A stretch of DNA of 64,000 nt from Hypanus sabinus (taxonomy: Eukaryota): NCBI RefSeq assembly GCF_030144855.1, contig NC_082721.1, forward strand, positions 42,904,001 through 42,968,000. The letters run 5' to 3'. Numbering within the stretch: the first letter of the stretch is position 1; each line of letters begins with the position of its first letter. Positions 36,802-47,728 of the stretch are shown here, one piece after another. A program made the position numbers and the translations under genes. The notes under the pieces were generated by a model. The model saw nothing but the letters and a program-made list of their open reading frames with translations. It was not told the origin of the DNA and searched no databases.

Positions 36802-37124
36802 TTAACAGCTGGATTGTGTGACTGTTGCGGATATTGTCGAGGCTTCTCCTTGTTGAACTGAGCAGGAGTACCTCTTCCCACTGCTCCAGTCTGCGCCGGG
36901 CACCGTCAGGTAGCTGCTGAGACTGAAGGTTTTGTCCGCGTTCTGAGTCACCCCGCTGGTTTGCACCTCACTGCTCGTCGGACTGTCCTTCACTGTCCAG
37001 CTGACGACAGGGAAGCCTATCGACAATTTACTGACCAGGCAAAGTAAGGTGCCCGATCCTCTAGCCGAGATCTCCTCGGCTGACGGGCCAAGTAGTTTCA
37101 CTGAAGGGTCCGGGATGTGCTGAG
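36802..37124 (-). CDS. Immunoglobulin light-chain constant exon (C1-set), probably sigma isotype; reading frame open
   Basis: Acceptor ttctcgttccAG at 37126-37125, phase 1. Encodes PDPSVKLLGPSAEE..TLLCLVS..WTV..FSLSSYLTV..W..YSC..SSC-TAA, with both Cys, the Trp and the terminal inter-chain Cys. Confidence 0.9.
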
Positions 37125-38258
37125 CTGGAACGAGAACAAAAGAAACGTGTTTCAAGATGCGGAATAACTTCCATTAGTTCACAGTTTTTCAGAATCATGA
37201 CTAAAAGGTTTCAGCTTCATTGAGTGGGGCCCAGAGTCTCAGGGAGGGACAGGACAGTGCCCATGGGGGGCAGTACATATTGATCAACACGCAACAACTA
37301 GAGACCTGCTCCAACCGGTGAGGCTTTCTGGCGCAGAGTCGTTCCGGAATTGAAGACCCAAGGACATCGAAGAGCCCCGGAGTAGTTTAATGTGCCCACT
37401 CTTCGTGCCACCCGTGAAACGTTGCTCCTCATCCCTCCACCCCACCATTAATTGCTCCGCCGCTGTTGGGGGGTTAAACACCTCACAATCTGCTTTGCCC
37501 CAGAGGGCGAGGGCTCCGATTGCGCGGTCCTGAGCTCCAGGGAGCCGGGCGGGGCAGGTCGCTCTGTGATCTGTGATGTCGATGATTCGGCTCCCACTCA
37601 TCGTGAGGGATGGGAGGTTGAATTCTCCCCAGAATCGGAGCTCTGGCCAAAGTCGGTGTAGTGACCGGGATCGCTGAACAATGGTTTTCGGAAAGGAGTG
37701 TCGCTCAAGGGCAGGAGAGAGGAGCAAGGACTGAGCAGCGGGAGAGGGTCTGTTATCAGATGGTGAAGGACGAGAGTTCCACCCTCACTGGGAATTCAGT
37801 GATAGTCCGAGGGCTGTTTCGTTGGAGAGTCCTAAACAATGACTTGAAACTGGTCATTCTACTGTGTTGACAACCACGGTAGAATGTCCGGACCCCACTG
37901 ACACCTCAAGTCCCACTGTGTCCCTTCACTGGATCCCTTCACGTTCCTTCCTGTGAAACCACCTCAAAAACTGACAAACTTACACGAGAGCAGGGAAAGC
38001 ACCAATAAACAGAAAGTGTTAAATCATGGTTCGTCCGAAAACACAACCGAGAAAGGAAATGATTCATTAAAAGACGGAAACAATTCACCAAACACAACTC
38101 TATCAAGTAAAGCTGATGCTGGACACGAACACGATTAGATTGTAAATCAACATTTCCACTGTAACATTAGCTAGGAAATTATAACGAAAAACTTATGAAT
38201 TGCTGGGTGACGGTATTTATCCCGTGGTTATTGCAGGAGATATTTTCAAGGCACTTAG

Positions 38259-38294
38259 CTGTAATACAGAGCTTAGTCCCTGGGCCGAACACCA
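38259..38294 (-). pseudogene. Ig light-chain J segment with non-canonical splice donor
   Basis: TG GTG TTC GGC CCA GGG ACT AAG CTC TGT ATT ACA G = VFGPGTKLCIT (FGxG motif), followed by CTAAGT instead of GTAAGT. Confidence 0.9.
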
Positions 38295-38301
38295 CACAAT
38301 G
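38295..38301 (+). other. J RSS heptamer (CACAATG), separated from its nonamer
   Basis: Directly abuts the J coding end. There is no nonamer at 12 or 23 nt because LINE sequence starts ~2 nt later. Confidence 0.85.
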
Positions 38302-38302
38302 T

Positions 38303-40152
38303 GCCACTTCCAGGACAGCGGCGACACGCTGACACATGTGGAAGGGCAGTCAGGACATCACCAACTACAGGACAACATCACCTGCCTGTGCGGGTGATGC
38401 CTCCCTCCCAGATGCGTTGAACAACTACTTCGCTCGTTTCCAGGCGGAAAATGACGTGGTAGCGAGGAAGACCACTCCTCCTCTCAATGACCAAGTGTTG
38501 TGCCTTAGCGTGGCCGAAGTGAGGAAAACTCTATGCAGGGTCAACCCATGGAAGGCTGCTGGACCAGACAATATTCCTGTCAGAGTGCTTAGGGGATGTG
38601 CAGACCAGCTGGCAGATGTTCTCACTGACATCTTCAACATCTCCCTGAGCAGCGCCATTGTTCCAACGTGCTTCAAGGCCGCCACCATCATCCCCGTGCC
38701 GAAGAAGTCTTCAGTGTCCTGCCTCAACGACTACTGTCCCGTTCCACTCACATCCATCATCATGAAGTGTTTCGAGAGGCTCGTCATGAGGCATATCAAG
38801 ACCCTGCTGCCCCCTCACTGGACCCCCCCTGCTGGTCGCGTATCGTCCCAACCGCTCAACAGACGACGCCACCACCCTCCACCTGACCCTCACCTACCTG
38901 GACAAAAAAAGACACGTACGTTCGAAAACTGTTCATAGACTTCAGTTCAGCATTCAACACAATCATTTATCAGCAGCTGGTTGGAAAGCTGAAACCGCTG
39001 GCCTGAACACCTCCCTCTGCAACTGGATCCTAGACTTCCTGACTGGGAAACATCGGTCAGTCCGGATCGGGAGCAGCATCTCCAACACCATCACACTGAG
39101 TACGGTCACCCCACACCCCCGAGGGCTGTGTGCTCAGTCCACTGCTGTTCACTCTGCTGACCCATGACTGTGCTGCAACACACAGCTCGAACCACATCAT
39201 CAAGTTCGCCATCGACACGACCGTGGTGGGTCTCATCAGCAAGAACGACGAGTCAGCATACAGAGAGGAGGTGCAGCGACTAACGGACTGGTGCAGAGCC
39301 AACAACCTGTCTCTGAATGTGAACAAAACAAAATAGATAATTGTTGACTTCAGGAGAGCAGGGAGTGACCAGTCTCCGCTGAACCTTGACGGCTCCTCAG
39401 TTGAGATCGTTAAGAGCACCAAATTTTTTGGTGTTCACCTGGCGGAGAATCTCACCTGGTCCCTCAACACCAGCTCCATAGCAAAGAAAGCCCAGCAGCA
39501 TCCCTACTTTCTGCGAAGTCTGAGGAAAGTCCATCTCCCACCCCCCCATCCTCATCACATTCTGCAGGGGTTGTACTGAGAGCATCCTGAGCAGCTGCAT
39601 CACAGCCTGGTTCGGAAATTGCACCATCTCGGATCGCAAGACCCTGCAGCGGATGGTGAGGTCAGCTGAGAAGATCATCGGGGTCTCTCTTCCTGCCATC
39701 ATGGACATTTACACTACACGCTGCACCCGCAAAGCTAACAGCATTGTGAAGGACTCCATGCACCCCTCATACAAACTCTTCTCCCTCCTGCCATCTGGCA
39801 AAAGGTACCAAAGCATTCAGGTTTTCACGATCAGACTGTGCAACAGATTCTTCCCCCAAGCTATCAGACTCCTCAATACCCAGAGTCTAGACTGACATCT
39901 ACATCATTTATTATTATATTGAAATTTGTCCTCTGCTGTGCCCATTGCCTTGTTTATTATTAATTAATTAATTATGGTACTGCCCTGCATTGTTTTGTGC
40001 ACTTTATGTAGTCCTGTGTAGATCTGTAGTCGAGTGTAGTTTTGTGTTGTTTCATGTAGCACCAAGGTCCTGCAGGAACGTTGTTTCGTTTTTACTGTGT
40101 ACTGTATCAGCAGTTTATGGTCGAAATGACAACAAAAAGCGACTTGACTTGA
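38303..40152 (+). mobile_element. 5'-truncated Rex1/Babar-like LINE inserted into the J RSS spacer
   Basis: ORFs show [36 protein letters not shown] and [18 protein letters not shown]. 3' UTR ends in (GACTT)n at 40141-40152. Confidence 0.9.
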
Positions 40153-40170
40153 TTCCGGGCAGCAGTCCAT

Positions 40171-40179
40171 ACAATTACC
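40171..40179 (+). other. Displaced J RSS nonamer (ACAATTACC)
   Basis: 7/9 match to ACAAAAACC, about 20 nt after the LINE tail. Removing the LINE restores a 21-23 nt spacer. Confidence 0.7.
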
Positions 40180-40492
40180 CAGGACCATAATCAGACAGAA
40201 AACACGGTCAGACGTCTCCGTGTCAGCATGAAACCAGACTTCACACATCCCGAATGTCCCGGTCTATGAGGGACTGGCGGGGTGAATTCACCGCCGCATC
40301 GACAGACTGACATTAAACGACATCAAACACTCGATAGTGGGCGGTGGGATTCGGAAACTTTCCAAATATGGCAAGATTGCCATTGGAAAATACCGTATCA
40401 TGGGTACAATTAAAGTGGCTGTATGAAGAGTGATTGATGAGAATGTTTCCATCCGATACAACGATGTGAAGTGTATTATGTCTGCTGACCCC

Positions 40493-40520
40493 AGCTTTTG
40501 TTTTACCTTCTTTCACTGTG
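40493..40520 (-). other. V 12-RSS, intact
   Basis: CACAGTG (40520-40514), 12-nt spacer AAAGAAGGTAAA, nonamer ACAAAAGCT (40501-40493). Confidence 0.9.
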
Positions 40521-40829
40521 ATAACGAAGTACTACCCGATAAAAACCGCTTCCAGCAATAATAGACGGCAGCGTCCTTCAGCTCCAAGCTGTTTATGATC
40601 ACCTGGTAAACGGTGCCGGCACTGTTGGCTATCGACGTGAAACGGTCGCTGTTAAACCCAGGGCCGTAGGTTACTCCAGGAAAAATAGTAATAGAGAATC
40701 TATTGTGGAGCTGTTCCCGGTGTCTGCTTGTACCAATACACATTTTGGCCATCTTTGTTCCGATGTCACAATTCAGCGTGGCCGTGGCTCCTGGACTCAC
40801 CGACACGGTCGGAGTCTGGGACTCTCCAG
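40521..40829 (-). pseudogene. Ig light-chain V exon, probably sigma type, pseudogenised
   Basis: Acceptor tttttcacAG; VSVSPG..ATLNCDIG..TYGPGF.SDRFTS..DAAVYYC. The WYKQTPGTAPQ*ILYYY segment lies in another frame (40753-40673) and contains TAG at 40702-40700. Confidence 0.9.
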
Positions 40830-40932
40830 CTGTGAAAAATCAGGAATTCAACTTTAACCATTGACGCTTTAATGTGACCCCACGACCCATCTCAGCTACC
40901 GCTGGCGGTGCAGACTTGCTGCCTGTACTTAC

Positions 40933-40978
40933 AACCCAGCCACACTGCCAGAGACCAGAAAAAGCACAGCGTCCGCAT
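40933..40978 (-). CDS. Ig leader exon (signal peptide)
   Basis: ATG CGG ACG CTG TGC TTT TTC TGG TCT CTG GCA GTG TGG CTG GGT T|GTAAGT = MRTLCFFWSLAVWLG. 46 nt, phase 1, compatible with the V acceptor. Confidence 0.85.
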
Positions 40979-41058
40979 CGTTGCTGCCCGTCAGCTTCCT
41001 GCCTCCCTTCTGTCGATGGATTTATGACTGACTGGCCGCCGCTGCCGGTGGAACCCAG

Positions 41059-41100
41059 TTATAGAGCCATTCACACCGGGGAGGAAATCGATGCAAATCA
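41059..41100 (-). promoter_or_regulatory. Ig light-chain promoter: decamer/octamer, PU-box-like site, TATA-like element
   Basis: TGATTTGCAT (41100-41091) matches the light-chain TNATTTGCAT decamer. GAGGAAAT at 41081-41088; TATAA at 41063-41059. Confidence 0.8.
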
Positions 41101-41199
41101 GGCCCACTCACACTGACCAACCAGAGTGGGATCTGAACCTCTCCTTCCTCCTCATTCGCTGTCACACACGGTCAGGTTGAGACTGTCAGCAATTGTTCA

Positions 41200-44100
41200 A
41201 AAAGAACTCGCGAATGGAAAGGTTGTTCACAACCGGAAGATCAACAATGGAATCTGTTGCCCTTTTAGATCATGATATTAAAAAGGCATTTCAAAATAGA
41301 GAAATAATGGTAACTGTATTTCTAGATATTGAAAGAACATATGACTCACTATGGAAGGATGGTTAATTAAATTCTATTATGCGGGAATTAGAGGTAGAAT
41401 GTTTAATTGGATCAAAGATTTTCTTAAAGATAGGACAATAGGGCAGCGGAGTCCGTGGAAGCAGAGTCCTGGGCTTTGGCTAAGTGGGCTTTGTCGTAAG
41501 GGGACTTCGGTAAGCCTGTGTGATTGCTCGCTGAGGGGAAGAAGGTAAGGTCGCTAGGTGCTTTTTAGACTTATTCTATTAATCCAGTTCAGGTATGGGG
41601 GAGACAGTCAGAGGCGTGGTGTGCTCCGTATGCAGTATGTGGGAAGTCAGGGTCAACACAGTTGTCCCTGATGACCACACCTGCAAGAGGTGCGTCCAGC
41701 TGCAGCTCCTATCAGCCCGAGTTAGGGAGTTGGAGCTGGAGCTGGATGAACTACGGATCATTCGGGAGGCAGAGGCAGCGATAGATAGGAGTTATCAGGA
41801 GGTAGTCACACCAAAAAACCAAGAAGTAGGCAGATGGGTGACGGTCCAGAGAGGCAGGGGGAGCAGGCAGAGAGAGCAGAGCACCCCTGCGGCCATTCCC
41901 ATTAACAATAAGTATACCGTACTGGATACTGTTGATGGGGATGACCTACCAGGAATGAGTTGTAGTGGTCCTGCCTCTGGCACGGAGGTTGAACCCTCAA
42001 CTAGAAAGGGGAGGAGGGAAGAGAAGAGAGCGATAGTTTTAGGGGATTCTGTAGTTAGGGGGGCAGATAGGAGATTTTGTGGGGCAGATCGGGAGTCTCG
42101 GATGGTATGTTGCCTCCCTGGTGCCAGGGTCCGGGACATCTCAGATCAGATGCAGGCTATTCTTGAGAACGAGGGCATGAACCCAGATGTAGTGGTCCAT
42201 GTAGGGACCAACGATGTAGGTAAGGTGAGTGAGGGGGTCCTGCTTAGAGAGTTCAGGGAGTTAGGAGTGAAGCTGAAAGGCAGGACCTCCAGGCTGACAA
42301 TCTCAGGATTGCTACCTGTGCCACGTGCGAGTGAGGCGAAGAATAGAATGATTATGCACATCAATACGAGGCTGAGAGCATGGTGCAGGAAGGAAGGGTT
42401 CAGGTTTTTGGATAATTGGTCTTTGTTCCAGGGACATTGGGATCTGTTTCGAAGGGACAGTCTACATTTGAACCGGAGGGGTACTAACATTCTTGCAGGA
42501 GTGTTTGCCAGTGCTGCTCGGGGGGGGTTTAAACTAGATGTGCAGGGGGCAGGGATCCAGATCCAGAGGGTTGGTCAGAAGGAGCATGGGGTTAAATGTG
42601 TAGAAGGTTTGGGTGATCTTGAGAAGGTCATCAAAATTCAGGGTGCAATTAGCCCGATGGAAGTTCAAGGAGCTGGGTTAGGTACAGTGGACAGTGTTTT
42701 AAGCAAAGAGAGGAGGAATGGGCTAAGAATTCTATACTTGAATGCGCGTAGTGTCAGAAATAAGACAGATGAGCTTGAAGCTCAGATGAAAATGGGGATC
42801 TACGATATTGTTGGGATAACGGAGACATGGCTGCAAGGGGATCAGGCCTGGGAATTGAGTATACCAGGGTATACGTGCTATCGTAGAGACAGAAATATGG
42901 GAAGAGGGGGTGGGGTGGCCCTGTTTGTGAGGAATGAGATTTAGTCCTTAGCAAGAGGTGACTTGGGAACAGGGGAAGCAGAGTCTGTGTGGATTGAGCT
43001 GAGGAACAGTAAGGGTAAAAAGACCCTAATGGGTGTTGTGTACAGGCCCCCAAACAGTAGCGTGGATATTGGGTACAAGTTGATTAGGGAGTTAACATTG
43101 GCATGTGCTAAAGTAATGTAGTCGTTATGGGAGATTTCAACATGCAGGTGAACTGGGAGAATCAGGTAGGTGCTGGACCCCAGGATAGGGAGTTTGTGGA
43201 GTGTCTAAGGGATGTATTTTTGGAACAGCTTGTGCTTGAGCCAACCAGGAACGAGGCTATTTTGGACTTGGTGATGTGTAATGAACAGGAATTGATAAGT
43301 GATCTTGAAGTAAAGGAGCCATTAGGAAGTAGTGATCATAACATGATAAGTTTTTATCTACAATTTGAGGGATAAGGGCAGATCAGAGGTGTCAGTGTTG
43401 CAATTAAATAAAGGAGACTACGGAGCCATGAGGGAAGAGCTGGCCAAAGTTAAATGGGCGGATGCCCTGGCAGGAAAGACAGTGGATCAGCAGTGGCAGA
43501 TATTCTTGGGCATAATACAAAAGATGCAAAAGCAGTTCATTCCAATGAGAAGGAAGGATTCAAAGAGGGGGAAGGGGCCACAGTGGTTGACAAAAGAAGT
43601 CAGAGATTGTATAGCATTAAAGAAAAATAAGTATAACAGGGCTAAGATGAGTGGGAATACAGATGATTGGGAAAGTTTTAAGGAGCAGCAGATCTTAACT
43701 AAAAAAGCAATACGGAGAGAAAAAATCAGGTCTGAGCTCAGTCTTGCCAGGAATATAAAAGGGGATAGCAAAAGCTTTTTAGCTATGTGAAGAGAAAGAA
43801 GATAGTTAAGAACAATGTTGGCCCCTTGAAGAATGAATTGGGAGAAATTGTTATGGGAAACAGGGAAATGGCAACAGAATTTAATGCGTACTTTAGATCT
43901 GTCTTCACCAGGGAGGACACAAGCAATCTCCCAGATGTATGGATGGGCCAGGGTCATAAGATATCAGAGGAATTGAGACAGATTGACATTAGGAAAGAAA
44001 CTGTGATGAGTAGACTGGTAGGACTGAAGGCTAATAAATCCCCGGGTCCAGATGGTCTGCATCCGAGGGTTCTGAAAGAGGTGGCTCAGGAAATTGCGGA

Positions 44101-47100
44101 TGCATCGGTAATCATTTTCCAATGTTCCTTAGATTCAGGATCAGTTCCTGAAGGTTGGAGAGTGGCTAATGTTATCCCACTTTTCAAGAAGGGAGGGAAG
44201 GAGAAAACGGAGAACTATCGCTCTGTTAGCCTAACGTCAGTCGTGGGGAAGATGCTTGAGTCCATTATTAAGGACGAAATAGTGGCACATCTAGATGGCA
44301 GAAATAGGATTAGGCCGAGCCAGCATGGATTTACCAAGGGCAAATCATGCTTGACTAATCTGTTGGAGTTTTTTGAGGGTGTAACAAGGATGTTAGACGA
44401 GGGTAAGCCAGTGGATGTTGTATACCTAGATTTTCAGAAGGCATTCGATAAGGTGCCACATAGGAGATTGGTGAGTAAAATCAGAGCTCATGGCATTGGG
44501 GGGCAGGGTTTCAACATGGATAGAAAACTGGTTGGCAGATAGAAAGCAAAGGGTAGCAGTGAATGGGTGTTTCTCGGACTGGCTGGAGGTGACTAGTGGG
44601 GTACCACAGGGCTCTGTATTGGGACCACAGCTCTTTACGATTTATGTCAATGATTTAGATGAGGGCATTGAAAACTATATCAGCAAGTTTGCTGATGATA
44701 CTAAACTGGGTGGCAGTGTGACATGTGAAGAGGACGTTAGGAGAATACAGGGAGACTTGGATAGGCTGGGTGAGTGGGCAGATACTTGGCAGATGTCATT
44801 CAATGTGAATAAATGTGAAGTTATCCACTTTGGAAGCAGGAACAAGAGGGCAGAGTATTGTCTGAACGGTGTAGAGTTAGGTAAGGGAGAAATGCAAAGA
44901 GACCTAGGAGTCCTAGTTCACCAGTCAATGAAGGTGAATGAGCAAGTGCAACAGGCAGTGAAGAGGGCAAATGGAATGTTGGCCTTTGTTACAAGGGGAA
45001 TTGAATACAAGAGCAAGGATGTCCTTTTGCATTTGTACAGCGCCCTGGTGAGACCACACCTGGAATATTGTGTACAGTTTTGGTCTCCAGGTTTAAGGAA
45101 GGACATTCTGGCAGTTGAGGAAGTGCAGCGTAGATTCACTAGGTTGATTCCTGGGATGGCAGGGCTGTCTTACGTGGAGAGATTGGGCTTGTACACGCTG
45201 GAATTGAGGAGATTGAGAGGGGATCTGATTGAAACGTTTAAGATAATTAAAGGATTTGATAGGATTGAGGCAGGAAATATGTTCCAGATGCTGGGAGAGT
45301 CCAGTACCAGAGGGCATGGATTGAGAATAAGAGGTCAGTTATTTAAAACAGAGTTGAGGAAGAGCTTCTTCTCCCAGAGAGTTGTGGAGGTGTGGAATGC
45401 ACTGCCTCGGAAGACGGTGGAGGTCAATTCTCTGGATGCTTTCAAGAAGGAGCTAGATAGATATCTGATGGATAGGGGAATCAAGGGATATGGGGACAAG
45501 GCAGGGACTGGGTATTGATAGTGAATGATCAGCCATGATCTCAGAATGGTGGTGCAGACTCGAGGGGCCAAATGGTCTACTTCTGCACCTATTGTCTATT
45601 GTCTAATTCATGTAAGAATAGGCGGAACAAGCTCCAAGTCAGTTAAAATAGATAATGGTACCCCTCAAGGAAGCGTCATTAGTCCAGTTCTTTTCAATGT
45701 CATAAATAAACAATATCTTTGAGCAGGTAGGGACAGGACTTGGCAATTCATTGTCTGCAGACGACGGTGCAATCTGGAAAAGAGGAAGAGACGTCAAGTA
45801 TATATTAAAGCAGGTACAAAAGGCTTTAAGATCAGTTGAAATCTGGGCAAACAAATGGGGTTTCAGGATTTCTGCTTCTAAGTCCAAATATATGATTTTT
45901 GGCTTTAGAAGAAAGATTCCTGATTGTGAATTGTGTCTATATGATTCTCCATTAAAAAGAGTCAAGGTATTCAAGTTTTTAGGTGTCTGGTTTGATGAAA
46001 GACTTCCTTGGAGGGTTCATATAGATAAAACAATTGGAAAGTGTGAGAAAGTTTTAAATGTTATGAGAAGTATTGCTGGATGTGACTGGGGAGCAGGGCG
46101 GGAAACTATGTACTTAATATATCTAGCTATGATTAGATCAGTGTTTGATTATGGTTGTATTGCTTATAGTTCTGCTGCTATGGCAGTGCTTGAAAAATTA
46201 GACATTGTGCAGTCCAAAGCACTTAGACTCTGTTGTGGAGCTTTCAGAACATCAGTTCCCTGCATTATGTGTGAAGATGGGAGAAGCGCCTCTACATTTA
46301 AGACGAGTTAAGTTGGGCCTGCAATATTTTGTAAAACTAAATGGCTTCAATCACAGCTGTCCATCAAAATGTGTTTTGCAGCAGATGTTGGAGTGCCAAA
46401 GTAAAATTAAAAGATATCCATTTTTAGATTTGGTTAATATCTGGACTGTGAAATTGAAACTGATTGAGAAAGACATAGCTGACCAAATTTGCATGCCACC
46501 TGTTCCTTTTCCGCTTTTGCCAGAATTAGAAGTAGACCTATTCCTCCTTTTTCATCTTCAAGGAAGCAAAGCAATTTCAACAGAGTTGATCATAAATGAA
46601 TATTTAAATAATAAATGGGGATCTTATCTGAAGATTTTTACTGATGGCTCAGTGGACCCAGAGAGCAGAAAGGCAGGATTTGGGATGTACTTGTCTCAAC
46701 TTGGAGTTGGGTTTGGTCACCGGGTTTCAGATGGTGTTTGTCTTTGCAACAGAATTGTTAACAATCCTCTGGGCCTTATGGTGGATAGAAAACTCTCAAC
46801 CATGCAGGGTTGTCATCTGTTCAGATTCTGCTGCTGTCTTAGAGGCTACAAAAGGTAATAAATCAAAAGCTCACCCTGACATAGTTAGTTTTGTTTAGAG
46901 TAGGGAAGATGGGTTGTGAAGTCAGATTTACATGGATACCTGGGCATGCTGGGGTGGAGGGAAATAAAATTGTGGATGGCATTGCAAAGTCTTCCTTACA
47001 GAACGGGCAAGTAGGAATTAGAATACCCCTAAGCAGAGCAGAATTGACAAGTAGGATAAAAAAGGCACAGAGAAGAAATGGCATGAGGATTGGAAAAATG

Positions 47101-47568
47101 AAAAATGAAGGGAAGGCATTTTTTTTCTAGTCACCCTCTAGTTAAAAAAGACTCAGACTGTTACTCTTTAAGTCATAGAGATATGGTGAAATTAACAAGA
47201 TTTAGGTTGGGGCATTGTGGGCTAAACTATTACTTAAAAGAGAACAGGAAGACATTCTACTGGAGTATGTGAGTGGTAGTCCAGAGACAGTTCAGCATGT
47301 TTTGCTGAGTTGTAATCCATATCAAATTGAAAGAAGAATATTGCTCAAGAGGCTGTCTGACTTAAATGTATTTTGTTTTTCTTTGTTTGACCTCCAAGAG
47401 AACAACCATCTGATTGAAAAGTTTGTTATTCTGTTTCTAAGTGCGACTAGTTTATACTTGAGAATTTGAGTTTCTTGAAATTCTGTAGTTAATTGTACAT
47501 CCTGCAGAGGGCAGTAATACGCCTGGATGCGTCTAAACTGCCAGAAATAGAAGAAGAAGAAGAAGAAG
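41200..47568 (+). mobile_element. RNase H-containing I-group (Nimb-like) LINE, 5'-truncated, split by a CR1
   Basis: FLDIERTYD (41320), GTPQGSVISPVLFNV, ADDGAIW; RNase H FTDGS and WIPGHAGVEGN..D..AK; (GAA)n tail. 8-bp TSD ATTGTTCA at 41192-41199 and 47569-47576. Confidence 0.85.
41440..45604 (+). mobile_element. Near full-length CR1 LINE (zinc finger, SGNH esterase, APE, RT)
   Basis: CSVC..CKRC, GDS/GTND/D.LH esterase motifs, NARS..ETWL, PGPDG, PQGSVLGP, FADD and a (CTATTGT)n tail. A few stops and frameshifts; possible AAT TSD. Confidence 0.95.
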
Positions 47569-47728
47569 ATTGTTCATTGTCTGATGTTTTTCACACTCTG
47601 CCTTCATTTCCTCAGACCTCCAGTGATAACAGAGCAGGACAGTGCAGGCTTCCTGTTCCCACATCAGTCTTTCAGCCATGGACTTCAAACCCACTCTGGC
47701 AGTCTGAGTTTCCAAATGTGCAGATTTA

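Noticed and set aside
37284-37727. 147-aa ORF in the J-C intron
   Set aside because: No domain, splice logic or repeat homology that I can recognise; consistent with a chance ORF in GC-rich DNA.
37914-37920. Extra RSS heptamer CACAGTG in the J-C intron
   Set aside because: No nonamer at 12 or 23 nt and no adjacent coding segment.
38295-38305. RAG-nick-guided insertion of the LINE
   Set aside because: RAG cuts at the coding/heptamer border (38294/38295), whereas the insertion is on the spacer side of the heptamer. Nothing in the sequence links it to RAG.
40175-40200. Second J segment suggested by a minus-strand YGPG
   Set aside because: It is followed at once by a stop, has no heptamer or splice donor, and overlaps the displaced nonamer.
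38259-40829. Germline-joined VJ gene, as known from skates and sharks
   Set aside because: V and J are separate and each retains RSS elements.
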